Below, piece after piece: positions 38,558-49,517 of a DNA stretch of 64,000 nt. The notes beneath the pieces are model-generated. The model was given only the letters and a program-made list of their open reading frames with translations. It ran no database searches and had not been told where the DNA came from. Both the position numbers and the translations under genes were made by a program. Source of the stretch: a virus; IMG/VR virus record IMGVR_UViG_3300020411_001722, positions 15,653 through 79,652 of that record; one strand, given 5' to 3'. Numbering within the stretch: the first letter of the stretch is position 1; each line of letters begins with the position of its first letter.

Positions 38558-39955
38558 TTATACCCTAACGCTATCTCTTGTGAGTTCTAATGTTGTGGAT
38601 ACACCATCTTTCTGCCAAACATGAGAGACACCTGCAACCAAATACTTACCAGAATATGTCTTATCTTCTTCAACCTTACCACTATCAGATCTACCTAAAG
38701 GTATCATAACATCAACAACACTTCCTGCAGCAATACCAGTATTACCTGGTATCTCTATTCGTAATGATATTGCTCTTATCATCTGATACCTTGCCATAGC
38801 ATAAGTACCAACATCTAAGGTAGCAGATATTGCTGTTGCTGCTCCAGCATTAGGATCACCCGCAGGTTTTCCACCTGATTCTTTCTGATCCTTTAAACCT
38901 GGAAGTATTCTCATCTTTTGACGAGTTGGAAAATAATCCTCATACTCCTGTAGATGTGGCATTGGAGTACCCTTTTCAAGAGTATCCATCTTCCTAAACT
39001 GTTGTGAAAGTGTTGATTCACGAGGTCCAGTTATTGTACCACCTCCACCACCAGAAGTATCCATTGCAATTGCTGAACGTGTCATTGCTGGTAACATAAT
39101 ACCTGCAGTAACATTCTTAATAACACCTGTTCTTAATTTCTCTAAGATATTAGTACGATCAGGGAATGAAATATTGTTTATAAGATAATAATTCCTTTCA
39201 GTATTACTGATAGATACGTTGGACTGCTCCATTGTATATTTGTACATTGGTTCTTGACCACATAAGCGATCAATACTTGTAAAATTGAATCCATATTTAT
39301 TTTCAAAGAATATAAAACCTGATTGTTGTTGTGATCCTTGACCAGCATTGGTACGTGTTACCTTATCGCAGATATAATTAATAAAATCAACAGGTCTCCA
39401 GTTAGGAGAAACGAAATTAATACTAGAACAGGATTCAATCGCTCCTGCGTGTTTGATTTTGTTTCCACCATGTAATTTCTCTTTAATAGCCCACTTAACG
39501 ATACCTTCCTTTGCTGAGGTACCATCACCAGCAGGACCGAATGTGCCGAAAATTCTATTTACCTCATTGTTGAATGACTCTGTACTAACACAGTTCAACG
39601 TATAGGCACAAGTTCTTTCGGACTTTACAACATTACTTATCTTAAATATTTGTCCTTCCCATTTAAGACCTTGATTTTTTGATGCATCAGTGGTGATATC
39701 AAGATGAACTATCTCTCCACCACGTAATATATTTAAAAAATCAACTGATTCTATAATGGATATATCCAATCTACAAAATGGTGCATCAATTGATTCATAC
39801 CATATAAATTCTGCTGCTACTTGTCGTAGATCAAAACTATTTTTAGAATCCTTCTTAAATCTTGCTGCTATGTCACCACTAGCTTGACGGTTAGTACCAC
39901 TAGGAATGGTAACCGTAAGATCTTTAAGTTCATAATCTCTTGCTTGCTGTGACAT
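38558..39955 (-). CDS. Baseplate hub/tail protein (gp27-like)
   Basis: YESIDAPF...GFIFFENKYGFNFTSID...IPGNTGIAAG...YSGKYLVAGVSH...LELTRDS; tail module context. Confidence 0.7.
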   Translation of the reverse strand: MSQQARDYELKDLTVTIPSGTNRQASGDIAARFKKDSKNSFDLRQVAAEFIWYESIDAPFCRLDISIIESVDFLNILRGGEIVHLDITTDASKNQGLKWEGQIFKISNVVKSERTCAYTLNCVSTESFNNEVNRIFGTFGPAGDGTSAKEGIVKWAIKEKLHGGNKIKHAGAIESCSSINFVSPNWRPVDFINYICDKVTRTNAGQGSQQQSGFIFFENKYGFNFTSIDRLCGQEPMYKYTMEQSNVSISNTERNYYLINNISFPDRTNILEKLRTGVIKNVTAGIMLPAMTRSAIAMDTSGGGGGTITGPRESTLSQQFRKMDTLEKGTPMPHLQEYEDYFPTRQKMRILPGLKDQKESGGKPAGDPNAGAATAISATLDVGTYAMARYQMIRAISLRIEIPGNTGIAAGSVVDVMIPLGRSDSGKVEEDKTYSGKYLVAGVSHVWQKDGVSTTLELTRDSVRV

Positions 39956-39956
39956 A

Positions 39957-42434
39957 TTAAGTGAGCATTCCTACTGGAGTGTGATTTTCATTCATCAAAC
40001 CAAATTTAGGTATCATGAATTCTGCTGCTGCTTGTTGCTTCTTAGGTAAACCTATAAGTTGAGGTTTACCACCTCCACCTCCACCTACTGCTGGTTGATC
40101 TATTGGTTTTAACTCTGATACAGAGACGTTTGCTTGTGCTGCTGCATTCTCTAATCTCTCATCTTGTGCTTTTTGTGATTGATTAATTCTCTCACCAACA
40201 CCTGTATTACTTGATGGTGGATTAAAGTTCATATAATCAGCACCATGATCCTTACCTTTAATTAGATTAATAATCGTATCAGCACGACGACCAACTTGAC
40301 CATACCACGCACTATCTTTAAGTTCTTCACCTGCTTTATTATAGTCACCTTCTGCAAATGCTTTCCTGAATGCTGGAAATCCATCTGCCCACGCTGGTCC
40401 CATATTAAATGTAAGATCAATTAATGCTGCTTTCTGTGCTTCTGTTGCCTTCTTCCATCCTTTAATCCTTTCTGCTGCTTGCTTATGATGGGTAAAGTCA
40501 GCATCAAATAATTTATCTGCTTCCTGCTTAGTTATAGTATCAGGAATAGACTCATTATTCTCAATTAGATGTCCGTAACCTATAGTGGGGAATCCTAAAC
40601 TATCCTGATATTTCTGAAGACGTAACCCCTCATGGAGTTTAATCATCTCCTTAGCAAAACCAAACTGTCCTCCTTCTTCAAAACCAGGAAGTTTATACCC
40701 TGCTAATGCTGCTTCCTTCATCCTCTTCCCAGTTAGAGAAGGATCCTTTCTAGTTGCAGGTGTATCAAATGGTATAACAAATCCACCTTTACTCATCTGA
40801 GCAACATATTCCAAACCATGACCAATAAAATCTGTACCTCTACCATCTAGAGATACAGCATAACCTTCTTGAGGTCCATTAATCCATCCTCCTGCTGCTA
40901 ATGCTGCTACAGCAGTTGCAGTCATAAGTTTTCCACCCTTTGCTTTACCATCATTATCACCATCCTTCACTGTAGCAGTATCACTACCTGATGTTTCCTC
41001 ACCTCTTATTGCTGCCATAACCTTCTTGACGGCATCAAATACTTTAAAGAAAGGCATAAGATAAATCTCCAATCCTGTCTGAACTAAATTCTTGAGTTTT
41101 GCTATGTATGGTGATAAGAAGTCTTTAATAGTGGTGAATATCTCTCCAAAGAATCCAAAGGTTGCATCCAATTGTTTCTTGAAGAATCCAATTACATTAC
41201 CAAATATCTTCTTGATCTGATCAAACATCCCAAGAATGGGTTTCATAATAAAATCAAAACCCTTCTTCAGTGTAGCACCAATTCCACCACCTTTAGCTTT
41301 CTTACTACCCTCCTCAGCATCCTTTGCAACTTTTGCTTTAATATCCTGCGCAGCACTCTCTATAAATGCTTTAGATTCATCTGTACCACCTTCTGGACCA
41401 TAGTGTTTAAAGTCTTCATCTCTTGGGGTAACAGTAGAAAGTATATCATCTTCAGTAAATGAATCTGAGTCTTGTTCCTCATCACCACGATTCATCATCT
41501 TATTAATACCCCATCCAGCAAGGGCAACACCACCCATTATCAATGCTGCTTTAGGGTTCTTTATTGCAAATTTACCAACCTTAAACAACCCTTTGGCTGC
41601 TATCTTACCTAAGTTGAGTATAAACTTACCTAAACCTTTCAGTAAACTCATTACAGGTTTAAGTACCGCTTTTGGTTTAGTGATTAATGCAAACAACCCT
41701 GCCTTTATTAACGCAGGACCAGCAAATATACCACCCAAAACCATAAAGAACTTGAACAATCCAAATATCCCCTTAAAGGACTTAGGATTCTCCATAAAAT
41801 CACTAATACCACCCAGAGCAACCCCTGTTAACCAACTAGCAATCTTATATACAAATTTACCAATTTTAGCGATGGCTTCAACCATCTTCTGAACTTTTTC
41901 TGGGTTCTTCGATATCCAATCAAGTGCTGCATATCCTACTAATTTGAAGAAGAATGAACCTAACTTCTGTAGGAATCCCATTATTCCTTGACCGACCTTC
42001 CCTGCTACAAAACCAGCAACATATCCAGTTCTAGCAGCAAGAAGGTTAGCACCCTCCATCTTTGCTTCTGCTGCATCATCTGCTGCTCTACCTAATGCCT
42101 TCTCCTTATCTCTCTTATCATCTCTTTCTCTCTGTGCTTGATCACTAAGTGCTGCATCCTGTGCATTGGCAATCTTATCTTGTTGTTGTATCTGAAGATT
42201 AACAGATTCCTTGAAAGAACTGTTCATACTCTCCATCATAAGTGCCATGCTATTCATTGTGGCACCAAGACGATTCAATGCAAATGACATCTGCTTGAAT
42301 CCAGAGTTTGCACTAGTAACGATCTGTTTAGTGTCAGACTCACCAAGCTTACGACTTTCGATTCCCTTAAAGGAAACCATCTTATAAAGTTTTGCTTTTG
42401 ATTCTTTATTTGGTGCAGTTTTCGCCATTAACAA
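39957..42434 (-). CDS. Tail-associated protein with C-terminal GH24 (T4-type) lysozyme domain
   Basis: Helical/hydrophobic N-terminus; HEGLRLQKYQDSLGFPTIGYGHL gives E-x8-D-x5-T; AALIDLTFNMG; SAWYGQVGRRA. Confidence 0.85.
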   Translation of the reverse strand: MLMAKTAPNKESKAKLYKMVSFKGIESRKLGESDTKQIVTSANSGFKQMSFALNRLGATMNSMALMMESMNSSFKESVNLQIQQQDKIANAQDAALSDQAQRERDDKRDKEKALGRAADDAAEAKMEGANLLAARTGYVAGFVAGKVGQGIMGFLQKLGSFFFKLVGYAALDWISKNPEKVQKMVEAIAKIGKFVYKIASWLTGVALGGISDFMENPKSFKGIFGLFKFFMVLGGIFAGPALIKAGLFALITKPKAVLKPVMSLLKGLGKFILNLGKIAAKGLFKVGKFAIKNPKAALIMGGVALAGWGINKMMNRGDEEQDSDSFTEDDILSTVTPRDEDFKHYGPEGGTDESKAFIESAAQDIKAKVAKDAEEGSKKAKGGGIGATLKKGFDFIMKPILGMFDQIKKIFGNVIGFFKKQLDATFGFFGEIFTTIKDFLSPYIAKLKNLVQTGLEIYLMPFFKVFDAVKKVMAAIRGEETSGSDTATVKDGDNDGKAKGGKLMTATAVAALAAGGWINGPQEGYAVSLDGRGTDFIGHGLEYVAQMSKGGFVIPFDTPATRKDPSLTGKRMKEAALAGYKLPGFEEGGQFGFAKEMIKLHEGLRLQKYQDSLGFPTIGYGHLIENNESIPDTITKQEADKLFDADFTHHKQAAERIKGWKKATEAQKAALIDLTFNMGPAWADGFPAFRKAFAEGDYNKAGEELKDSAWYGQVGRRADTIINLIKGKDHGADYMNFNPPSSNTGVGERINQSQKAQDERLENAAAQANVSVSELKPIDQPAVGGGGGGKPQLIGLPKKQQAAAEFMIPKFGLMNENHTPVGMLT

Positions 42435-44812
42435 TTAACCGTGGCTGATGGGTTAGGTCTCATAATAACTAACTCAGATGTTGATTGAGATACAGTCTGT
42501 TGTCTAATCTTTTGTATTAATATTGCTGCACTACCACCTTGAACTTGACGGTCAAAACTTCTAGCATTGCTATTGAAGGATAGTGAACTCATACTATTAC
42601 TAGTGTTATTTATTGAAGGTCCAGGACTAATAGATGGTCCCCAATCTTTCATACCAGTAGGAACATCTGCACCTGTATCAACACTATAATCTGGTTTAAA
42701 TGTCTTTGGTGGAGTAGTAAAGTTCTCAATTAACTCACCTGCACTTAAAGGATTCTTCTTTATACCCTCAATAGTAGTCTTAAACTTCTCAACATTAAAC
42801 CCTTTAACTTTTAATTTACCAGTCTTAGCATCAACATGTATAAGGGTTCTCTCTGTATTAAATTTTAAAAACTCTTCAGCTCTACGTATTGCTGTTAATT
42901 CTTTTGCATGACTCTCATCAAATACTACATCAGGAACATTTACCTTACCTTGAGTAATATCTTCTACAGTAATATTCGCTGGTGCTTTAGGATGATTGAT
43001 AATATCTTGATGATTTTCAACCACGATATCCATATCTACTGCACCAATCTTCTCCTTAAAGAAGGATTTAATTATAGTCTTTTGCTCAGATAAAGACTCC
43101 CTTAAATCATTAAATTCATCTACTTTATAGACTAATTGAGGTGGTAATATTTTACCTACAGTATCGTTTATTAATTTACCACCATCCATCTTCTCTTCTG
43201 GTTTCTTCTTAAACCAGTTTAAAGGATTAACTGCATTTAATACTTGACCTGTTTTCTCCTTTACTCCACCCACAAAATTCATTACTGCCTTGGCACCATT
43301 AATAATCTTCATGACACCTTTCACAAGAACATCTACAGCAGCATCAGCTATAAACTCAATGAACGGTTTAATGTAATCAAGACCTTTCTGTATTATATCA
43401 ACAAACATAAAGATGAAATCCAATGCAGGTTTCATCACCTTAATTTGAATCGCTACTATCTTCCTAATTAAATTCTGTACAAATTCTCGCATCTTTCCTA
43501 AGAATTTGAAGAATCCTTTAAATGCACCTTCAATAATAGGACCAAGTTTTTCACCTACCCATCCACCTACCCACTCTCCAACTATACTACCCAGTATAGG
43601 TGCAAATGGACCAATAAATGGACCTAAGAAAGCAGTAGCAATTGCTGCACCTGCCATACCACCTGCTGCCTTACCTACACCAAGACCTACTGCTTCTGCA
43701 TTAGTCTTACCTGCTGCTATTGCCTCCTGATATGCACTAACACCAGAGAATACAGCACCAACACCAGCACCAATTTTAGCAAATTTGGTAAGACCTTTCA
43801 TCTTACCTAACTTACCAGTCCACTTACCTAACTTAGATTGTAACTTCTTACTCTTATCACCAAGTCTTTTAACTTTTTGTGCCCATTTATTATTCCTTAT
43901 CTTACCGCCAAATCTTTTTCTAGACGCATCCTTACCAAAACGTCTTTGATATCTCTTTCTTGCTTCCTTCGAAGCATTTCTAGTTCTCTGATTTCTATTA
44001 GGTCTTTGATTAGGACCACCACCATCTTCACCCTGATCACGTAATGCTGTGAATAGATTAGATAATGCCTTAAAATCTCCAACTAACTTCCAAGGCATGA
44101 ATACCCTAGATGCAAACCATAGTCCACCCAATCCTCCAATTAATTGGAGTACACCTTTTAATCCTGAAAAAGTCTTCTCAATAAGATTTTTATTAGGATC
44201 CAATATATCCCCAAAGGATGTTAATGAATCACCAATATTACCAATCCCCCATGAGAGGATTTTCATTCCAAATTTACCCCATCCGATAAAGAAGTTAATA
44301 GCATTCTCTACCTTCTCAGGATTCTTTTCAATCCATTCGAGAGTTGTGAACAACCCTAAAGCAATTGCTAACCCCTTTAGAGGTTTAAGTATTGCACCAA
44401 TGAATCTAAATAAACCTAAAAATTTCGATAACTTACCTTCCTTTTCCTTATCTATTGCTTCCTGTGATGCTTTCTCATCTTCAGGAGTCAAATCTGTTTC
44501 CTGAAGATTTTCAGCAGCAGTATCCTGTTTCTTGTTGAGAAGTTTTTCCTCAACTCTCTTTCTCTGTTGATAACGCTTCTCTGCTTCTTTAGCAGTATTA
44601 TTGATTACCTTAACTCTATCCTTGGTATGATCTTGTAGATATTCCGATTGAAACTCATGCAACGTATGAATGCTTTTAGTTGAATTCGCAATGCCTGTAA
44701 GAGAAATACCAAGGTTATTGACCTGCTTGACATTAGTCACAAACCCACTAGAAAACCCCTTCCCTTGAGGAAGTTTTACTGGTTGGTATTTGTAGACTGA
44801 TAGTTTTGCCAT
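42428..44812 (-). CDS. Tape-measure-like tail protein
   Basis: Long amphipathic helical protein with Gly/Ala hydrophobic repeats (GAAIATAFLGPFIGPF). Confidence 0.65.
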   Translation of the reverse strand: MAKLSVYKYQPVKLPQGKGFSSGFVTNVKQVNNLGISLTGIANSTKSIHTLHEFQSEYLQDHTKDRVKVINNTAKEAEKRYQQRKRVEEKLLNKKQDTAAENLQETDLTPEDEKASQEAIDKEKEGKLSKFLGLFRFIGAILKPLKGLAIALGLFTTLEWIEKNPEKVENAINFFIGWGKFGMKILSWGIGNIGDSLTSFGDILDPNKNLIEKTFSGLKGVLQLIGGLGGLWFASRVFMPWKLVGDFKALSNLFTALRDQGEDGGGPNQRPNRNQRTRNASKEARKRYQRRFGKDASRKRFGGKIRNNKWAQKVKRLGDKSKKLQSKLGKWTGKLGKMKGLTKFAKIGAGVGAVFSGVSAYQEAIAAGKTNAEAVGLGVGKAAGGMAGAAIATAFLGPFIGPFAPILGSIVGEWVGGWVGEKLGPIIEGAFKGFFKFLGKMREFVQNLIRKIVAIQIKVMKPALDFIFMFVDIIQKGLDYIKPFIEFIADAAVDVLVKGVMKIINGAKAVMNFVGGVKEKTGQVLNAVNPLNWFKKKPEEKMDGGKLINDTVGKILPPQLVYKVDEFNDLRESLSEQKTIIKSFFKEKIGAVDMDIVVENHQDIINHPKAPANITVEDITQGKVNVPDVVFDESHAKELTAIRRAEEFLKFNTERTLIHVDAKTGKLKVKGFNVEKFKTTIEGIKKNPLSAGELIENFTTPPKTFKPDYSVDTGADVPTGMKDWGPSISPGPSINNTSNSMSSLSFNSNARSFDRQVQGGSAAILIQKIRQQTVSQSTSELVIMRPNPSATVNC

Positions 44813-44995
44813 CTATAGTGATTTTCGTTCCTGTGCTTTTTGTCTCCTTTCCTCCTCTTGCAAGTGAGCAAGGAGTAAATTCACGTAAACATCACGTTCC
44901 CAAGGTATCATATTCTCCAGTTCTGTTAAACTGTACTTATGATGTTGCATTAATGCGAAATTCACCTTAAACATATTCATAAGGGAATCATGCAT
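44813..44995 (-). CDS. gp51: Baseplate hub assembly protein
   Basis: NFALMQHHKYSLTELENMIPWERDVYV. Confidence 0.8.
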   Translation of the reverse strand: MHDSLMNMFKVNFALMQHHKYSLTELENMIPWERDVYVNLLLAHLQEEERRQKAQERKSL

Positions 44996-45000
44996 GAGTG

Positions 45001-45705
45001 CTATCCGAAAAAAGCAGCAAGTCCTTCCAGTGGAATAGTACTTTCTACATTAGTTTTAGGATTAGTAACAACCAAATCATGCTTAAGTTTAGGTATAGTG
45101 TCAAAGAATTTTTGAACCTGTTGGAATTGTTCAGAATTCAAATCACCAATGAAATCTAATGCTTCTTTTAGAGTAAAGGAATCATAAACCTCATCTGCAT
45201 CATATACTTTATCAATGCACTGAGCAGCAAGTTTAAACATATCCTCGATATTAGGATCATCCCTTAAGTTCTGATCGATGAATAGATCCAATGATGGATA
45301 CTTCATAACGATACCAACTGTTTCGGATAATTTAATATCTTTGGTATGCTCATCATCTTGTTGTATTTCAATTTGCTCCAGAGGTAATTTCACATCAACA
45401 GTTGTTTTATTATCATCTGGGCAAGTTACGGTAAACTCACTAATTTCACCAACTGCTTTTGCACGAATACGTAGAAATAGGTATTCAATCTCAAAAGTTG
45501 GAATTTTATTCAAATTCGCTTTTAGATCTGTGCAATTTTTGATTATAGTCTTTACTGCATTGACCATTTCTTTCTCTTTTTGAGATTCCATGGCTAAGTA
45601 CAGTAATTTCTCCTCCTTAACAAGAAAAGGTCGATATTTGACCTTTAAGTTCGATACAGGTAATTCGCATTCGTATTCAGGTATCGCTAACTTTGGTAAT
45701 GCCAT
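45001..45705 (-). CDS. gp26: Baseplate hub subunit
   Basis: MALPKL...KYRPFLVKEEK...IEYLFLRIRAKAVGE...LEGLAAFF. Confidence 0.88.
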   Translation of the reverse strand: MALPKLAIPEYECELPVSNLKVKYRPFLVKEEKLLYLAMESQKEKEMVNAVKTIIKNCTDLKANLNKIPTFEIEYLFLRIRAKAVGEISEFTVTCPDDNKTTVDVKLPLEQIEIQQDDEHTKDIKLSETVGIVMKYPSLDLFIDQNLRDDPNIEDMFKLAAQCIDKVYDADEVYDSFTLKEALDFIGDLNSEQFQQVQKFFDTIPKLKHDLVVTNPKTNVESTIPLEGLAAFFG

Positions 45706-45737
45706 AATTTAACATAGTATTGTAGTTATTTAGTAGG

Positions 45738-46490
45738 TCAAATTCCGAAATCATTTACCTCCGCTTGTTCTGCCCTACCTGCCCCAAGACCTAGATTTTC
45801 TAATACTTGGTTTCTAGGACTAAAGTCAATTATCCTATCTCTCTTACCTGCTCCAAATCCAACATCAGTCATCACCTGATCAAAACGATATCTCTCATAT
45901 GACCACTCAATATCCATCTTCATAAGTGTTGCTTGTTCATTGTTTAAATTCATCACACTGATATTAGTTGGAAAAGCACCATATAGATTCCAAACACCTG
46001 TAACTCTATTCAATCTACTCCTAGGTGGTGGTGAACTCTTCGAACTACTATCCTGATAAACTATATTACTTCCCAATTCCCACTTTTGTATGATTAGATT
46101 AGTTACGTACTGATCATAAAAAGCAGTTCTATTTTCCTGATCTCCTGCCATCTCATTCATCCAATGTTCAAAGACATGTCTTAGGAATAGATCTTTAGAT
46201 ACAAGGAATGAAATAGTAATAGGACTATTAACTTGTCCTGTGGCATACTTTCTCTGCATACCAAAATCTTTAACTTCCGCAGTAGTAACCTGTCTACTAG
46301 GTACAGTTACATCATCTGCTGCGAAATTGACATATTCATACCATTTACGCCACTGATATACCTCATTATCTCTAAGAATCGCTGGCATACCACAGAATAC
46401 TGAATATAGATTAGATCTAGCGGGTTCCGCACCTCCAGTACGGACCCAATCCATAAATTCTGTAAATGAATTTGGGGTTGTAAATGCCAT
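45738..46490 (-). CDS. Tail tube initiator-like protein (gp54/gp19 family)
   Basis: ARSNLYSV...FEHWMN...LYGAFPTNISVMNL. Confidence 0.7.
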   Translation of the reverse strand: MAFTTPNSFTEFMDWVRTGGAEPARSNLYSVFCGMPAILRDNEVYQWRKWYEYVNFAADDVTVPSRQVTTAEVKDFGMQRKYATGQVNSPITISFLVSKDLFLRHVFEHWMNEMAGDQENRTAFYDQYVTNLIIQKWELGSNIVYQDSSSKSSPPPRSRLNRVTGVWNLYGAFPTNISVMNLNNEQATLMKMDIEWSYERYRFDQVMTDVGFGAGKRDRIIDFSPRNQVLENLGLGAGRAEQAEVNDFGI

Positions 46491-46966
46491 TATGTACGAC
46501 TCCAGATGTGACTACTAGGCACCTCCATCCATCTACCCACAACGCTCATAACGAACTGTTCTAATGGTAATGGAATCATATCAATAAATTCTTCTCTTGG
46601 CACCACTTTAATATTTGTAGCATTAGACATAAAGTATTTATGGTGACACTGCAAAGGGTATTGCCTACCACCCAAAGACCATGATTTACCAACTGCTTTT
46701 CTCATCTCTGGTCTTAAATAATGGAGATTACCACCTTGAAATTGGAGATTTTGCATATCTCTATCATATATCTGAACCATAGGATATTGGTCATACCAAG
46801 GTAACTTATCTGGTGATGTTGCTGCACCATATCTGAAAAATATAATATCACCAGATAGGAAACCACCAGTATAGTCCTGCAGACCATAAAACATCTGTGA
46901 GCGATACCAGTCCTTTGACTGTGAGGATCCCTCTGCAAGATCTTTTACATCCTGAAATATACTCAT
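46490..46966 (-). CDS. gp2: DNA end protector protein
   Basis: FFRYGA...LPWYDQYP...GGNLHYL...HKY; adjacent to gp4. Confidence 0.75.
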   Translation of the reverse strand: MSIFQDVKDLAEGSSQSKDWYRSQMFYGLQDYTGGFLSGDIIFFRYGAATSPDKLPWYDQYPMVQIYDRDMQNLQFQGGNLHYLRPEMRKAVGKSWSLGGRQYPLQCHHKYFMSNATNIKVVPREEFIDMIPLPLEQFVMSVVGRWMEVPSSHIWSRT

Positions 46967-47397
46967 ACCTTTAATTCTTTTTCTGTGAGTATCATAAATT
47001 CCATTTTGCGATCTTTACAGTATTCCCGTGCTGCTTTCCACTTCGCTTGATTAATCCCGTATGTTCTTACCTCAGCAAGATACCTCGGTCCCTTACGTGG
47101 TTTCGGTTTTCTAGTTTGAGCATAAGGTTTGACCTCAATGACTCTTTTCTTGGGTCTTCCCGTTTTGCTTCTAGATTCAACATAGAAATCAGGGAAATAG
47201 CGATGAGGACGACGATCCACGGGGCTAATATAGGGAATAATAACTTCTTCACTTGACCATTTGATAACATTTGCATTCTGATCACACCAATTCATAAATT
47301 TTAACTCCCACAAAGACCTATAAATAATATTTGTAGGATCACCTTTATATTTTGTAGGATTTGATGGTTTGAATTTTCCTTTATAGCCTTTTTTCAT
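46963..47397 (-). CDS. gp4: Head completion nuclease
   Basis: YKGKFKPSNPTKYKGDPTNIIYRSLWE...RYFPDF...IEVKP...NQAKWKAA. Confidence 0.92.
   Translation of the reverse strand: MKKGYKGKFKPSNPTKYKGDPTNIIYRSLWELKFMNWCDQNANVIKWSSEEVIIPYISPVDRRPHRYFPDFYVESRSKTGRPKKRVIEVKPYAQTRKPKPRKGPRYLAEVRTYGINQAKWKAAREYCKDRKMEFMILTEKELKV
47319..47326 (+). promoter_or_regulatory. T4-type late promoter for gp48-gp53
   Basis: TATAAATA on the plus strand inside gp4, about 70 bp upstream of gp48. Confidence 0.6.
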
Positions 47398-48403
47398 GGC
47401 ATTCGTATTTCCAAGATTAAAACCACTTGGAGCCTCATCAGATGGTTCCAGGAAAAGTATTGGTCGAAAATCCAGTTATCCAACTGAATCGATGGATTAC
47501 TTAAAAATCGATATTTTCGATTCTAAGAAGAATAATCCATATAACTATGTAGGTGCCAATGCTGGAACTGGGCGTTCTGCTGGTGTTGCTAAAGACTCGA
47601 TATTTCTATATTTACCAGGTAATTTATCAGAACAATATACAACAAGATATAATCAACAAACAGCAATCGGTGCTGCTGGTGTTGCTGCTATCGGAAACAT
47701 GGGTCAGGGAACTACTGAAGGAATTGGTGAAAAGATATCTGCTGCTGCTACTCAAGTTAAAACTAACCTTGCTGCACAAATTGCTGCTGATGCAGTAAAC
47801 CTATCAAACCTAGGTAATACGAATTTAAGTCCTAATGATCTTGCTGCCTTAACTAAAAAGGCAATAATGAACCCATATGAGGAAACCACATTTCAGGGAA
47901 CTGATTATAGAAATCATTCATTTGATTTCAAAATGGTACCAAAGAGTATGGAAGACGTACAAACGATTAAGAATATTATTCATAAACTACGTATATCCAT
48001 GCTACCTGGTAAAAACTCTACTGCTGGTATAAGTGATGGTCAATCACAAGACATTTTCACTCAACTTGAAGAAGGTGGTAGAGGTAGAGGAGATCGTTGG
48101 TTAACAATTCCAGATTTCTTCCATTTAAGTATTGTGAGATATAGAGGTTCGCAAGAAAGAGCTAATGAAGCAATGGATAGACCAGCAACATTAGGATATA
48201 TCATGCAATTTCCAACAAAATGCGTTCTATCTGGAATGAACGTTAATCTAACTCCAGATGGTCAACTTTCTACTCTAAGAAATGGTGCCACTGGTGATAA
48301 CGATGAGTATGATTATGGTCCTAATGCATATAACCTATCGTTGACATTCAACGAAACTGCATTCCTTACTAAAGACATGCTACAAGGGGGTCTTTCCTAC
48401 TAA
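47396..48403 (+). CDS. gp48: Baseplate tail tube cap
   Basis: IFLYLP...NPYEETTFQGTDYRNHSFDFKMVPKS...CVLSGMNVN...LSLTFNE. Confidence 0.85.
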   Translation: MAFVFPRLKPLGASSDGSRKSIGRKSSYPTESMDYLKIDIFDSKKNNPYNYVGANAGTGRSAGVAKDSIFLYLPGNLSEQYTTRYNQQTAIGAAGVAAIGNMGQGTTEGIGEKISAAATQVKTNLAAQIAADAVNLSNLGNTNLSPNDLAALTKKAIMNPYEETTFQGTDYRNHSFDFKMVPKSMEDVQTIKNIIHKLRISMLPGKNSTAGISDGQSQDIFTQLEEGGRGRGDRWLTIPDFFHLSIVRYRGSQERANEAMDRPATLGYIMQFPTKCVLSGMNVNLTPDGQLSTLRNGATGDNDEYDYGPNAYNLSLTFNETAFLTKDMLQGGLSY

Positions 48404-49248
48404 TGAGTAAATATTTTTCCTACCTACCAAACGTATATGTACGTCTTGACAGTATAAGAAAGCAAGGTGTAGATCCATACGTACAAGCAAAAAACATCTT
48501 TAGACGGATTAAAATTAGATCCGATCTTCAGGGTGCTGCTTTAGGGTTCCAGCAATACTCAATTGCTTCAAATGAAAGACCTGATGAAGTTGCAAATAAA
48601 GCATATGGTGATCCTACCCTAGATTGGGTTATATTGGTATCAAACAACATTATTAACCTATATGATGAATGGCCAATGCATGAGACTGAACTCATGGATT
48701 ACTGTGCTAAGAAATACAAAAATGCAACTGAAATTCACCATTATGAGTCTTTAGAGTTTAAAAACCCACAAGGTGATGTAGTAGTTCCAGCAGGAATAGA
48801 GGTAAATCACAATTTTACCTATACTGACTGGGAAAACATAACTCACACAGATTTGGTTATGCCAATATCTAATTATGAACACGAAATCGCAATTAATGAC
48901 TATAAACGGAATATATACCTATTAAAACCCCCCTACCTAACTGACTTTATCGCAGAATTTGAAGATTTGGTCGCATATCTACCAAATGACGAAATCGACC
49001 AAGATGAGTTGAAAAAGACATTTGCAGTTATTGACGAAAATTACCTTACTGCCAAATCAACATATACAAGCGATATTGGTAGAACCGCAGTTACCAAAAA
49101 AGCAGCAATGCAAGATTTTGCAGATAGAGTATTTGCGGTTACTGCTGCATCTGCTGACGCTGCAATCGCTGCTGCTGCATCAAATACCTCAACTAACGAT
49201 TCTGGAGTTATAGCGGGTACACAAGATTCAGGTTACACAGAAACATGA
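48403..49248 (+). CDS. gp53: Baseplate wedge protein
   Basis: YFSYLPN...ERPDEVANKAYGDPTLDWVILVSNNI...IHHYE...KRNIYLLKP. Confidence 0.9.
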   Translation: MSKYFSYLPNVYVRLDSIRKQGVDPYVQAKNIFRRIKIRSDLQGAALGFQQYSIASNERPDEVANKAYGDPTLDWVILVSNNIINLYDEWPMHETELMDYCAKKYKNATEIHHYESLEFKNPQGDVVVPAGIEVNHNFTYTDWENITHTDLVMPISNYEHEIAINDYKRNIYLLKPPYLTDFIAEFEDLVAYLPNDEIDQDELKKTFAVIDENYLTAKSTYTSDIGRTAVTKKAAMQDFADRVFAVTAASADAAIAAAASNTSTNDSGVIAGTQDSGYTET

Positions 49249-49517
49249 CCAAAAAACCCTTACACAGATTACCTCTTGATGAGTGGTTTGATGACATACC
49301 ACACCCTTACGATAATTGGCCAATGGCAAAAGATAACGAAGACATAGACTATCCACCACTAGACAGAAACGGAGAATCAGTATATCATTCAAGAAAAGAA
49401 GAAATAGATAAATTTCATGAAGATACCAAAATACATCAAAGGATGTATGATCTAGCAACAGCGAAACACTCACCTTGGAAAGGTGGTGGATCTGAGAATT
49501 TTCAAGAAAAACCCTAG
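49245..49517 (+). CDS. Hypothetical protein
   Basis: ATGA overlap with gp53. Confidence 0.6.
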   Translation: MTKKPLHRLPLDEWFDDIPHPYDNWPMAKDNEDIDYPPLDRNGESVYHSRKEEIDKFHEDTKIHQRMYDLATAKHSPWKGGGSENFQEKP

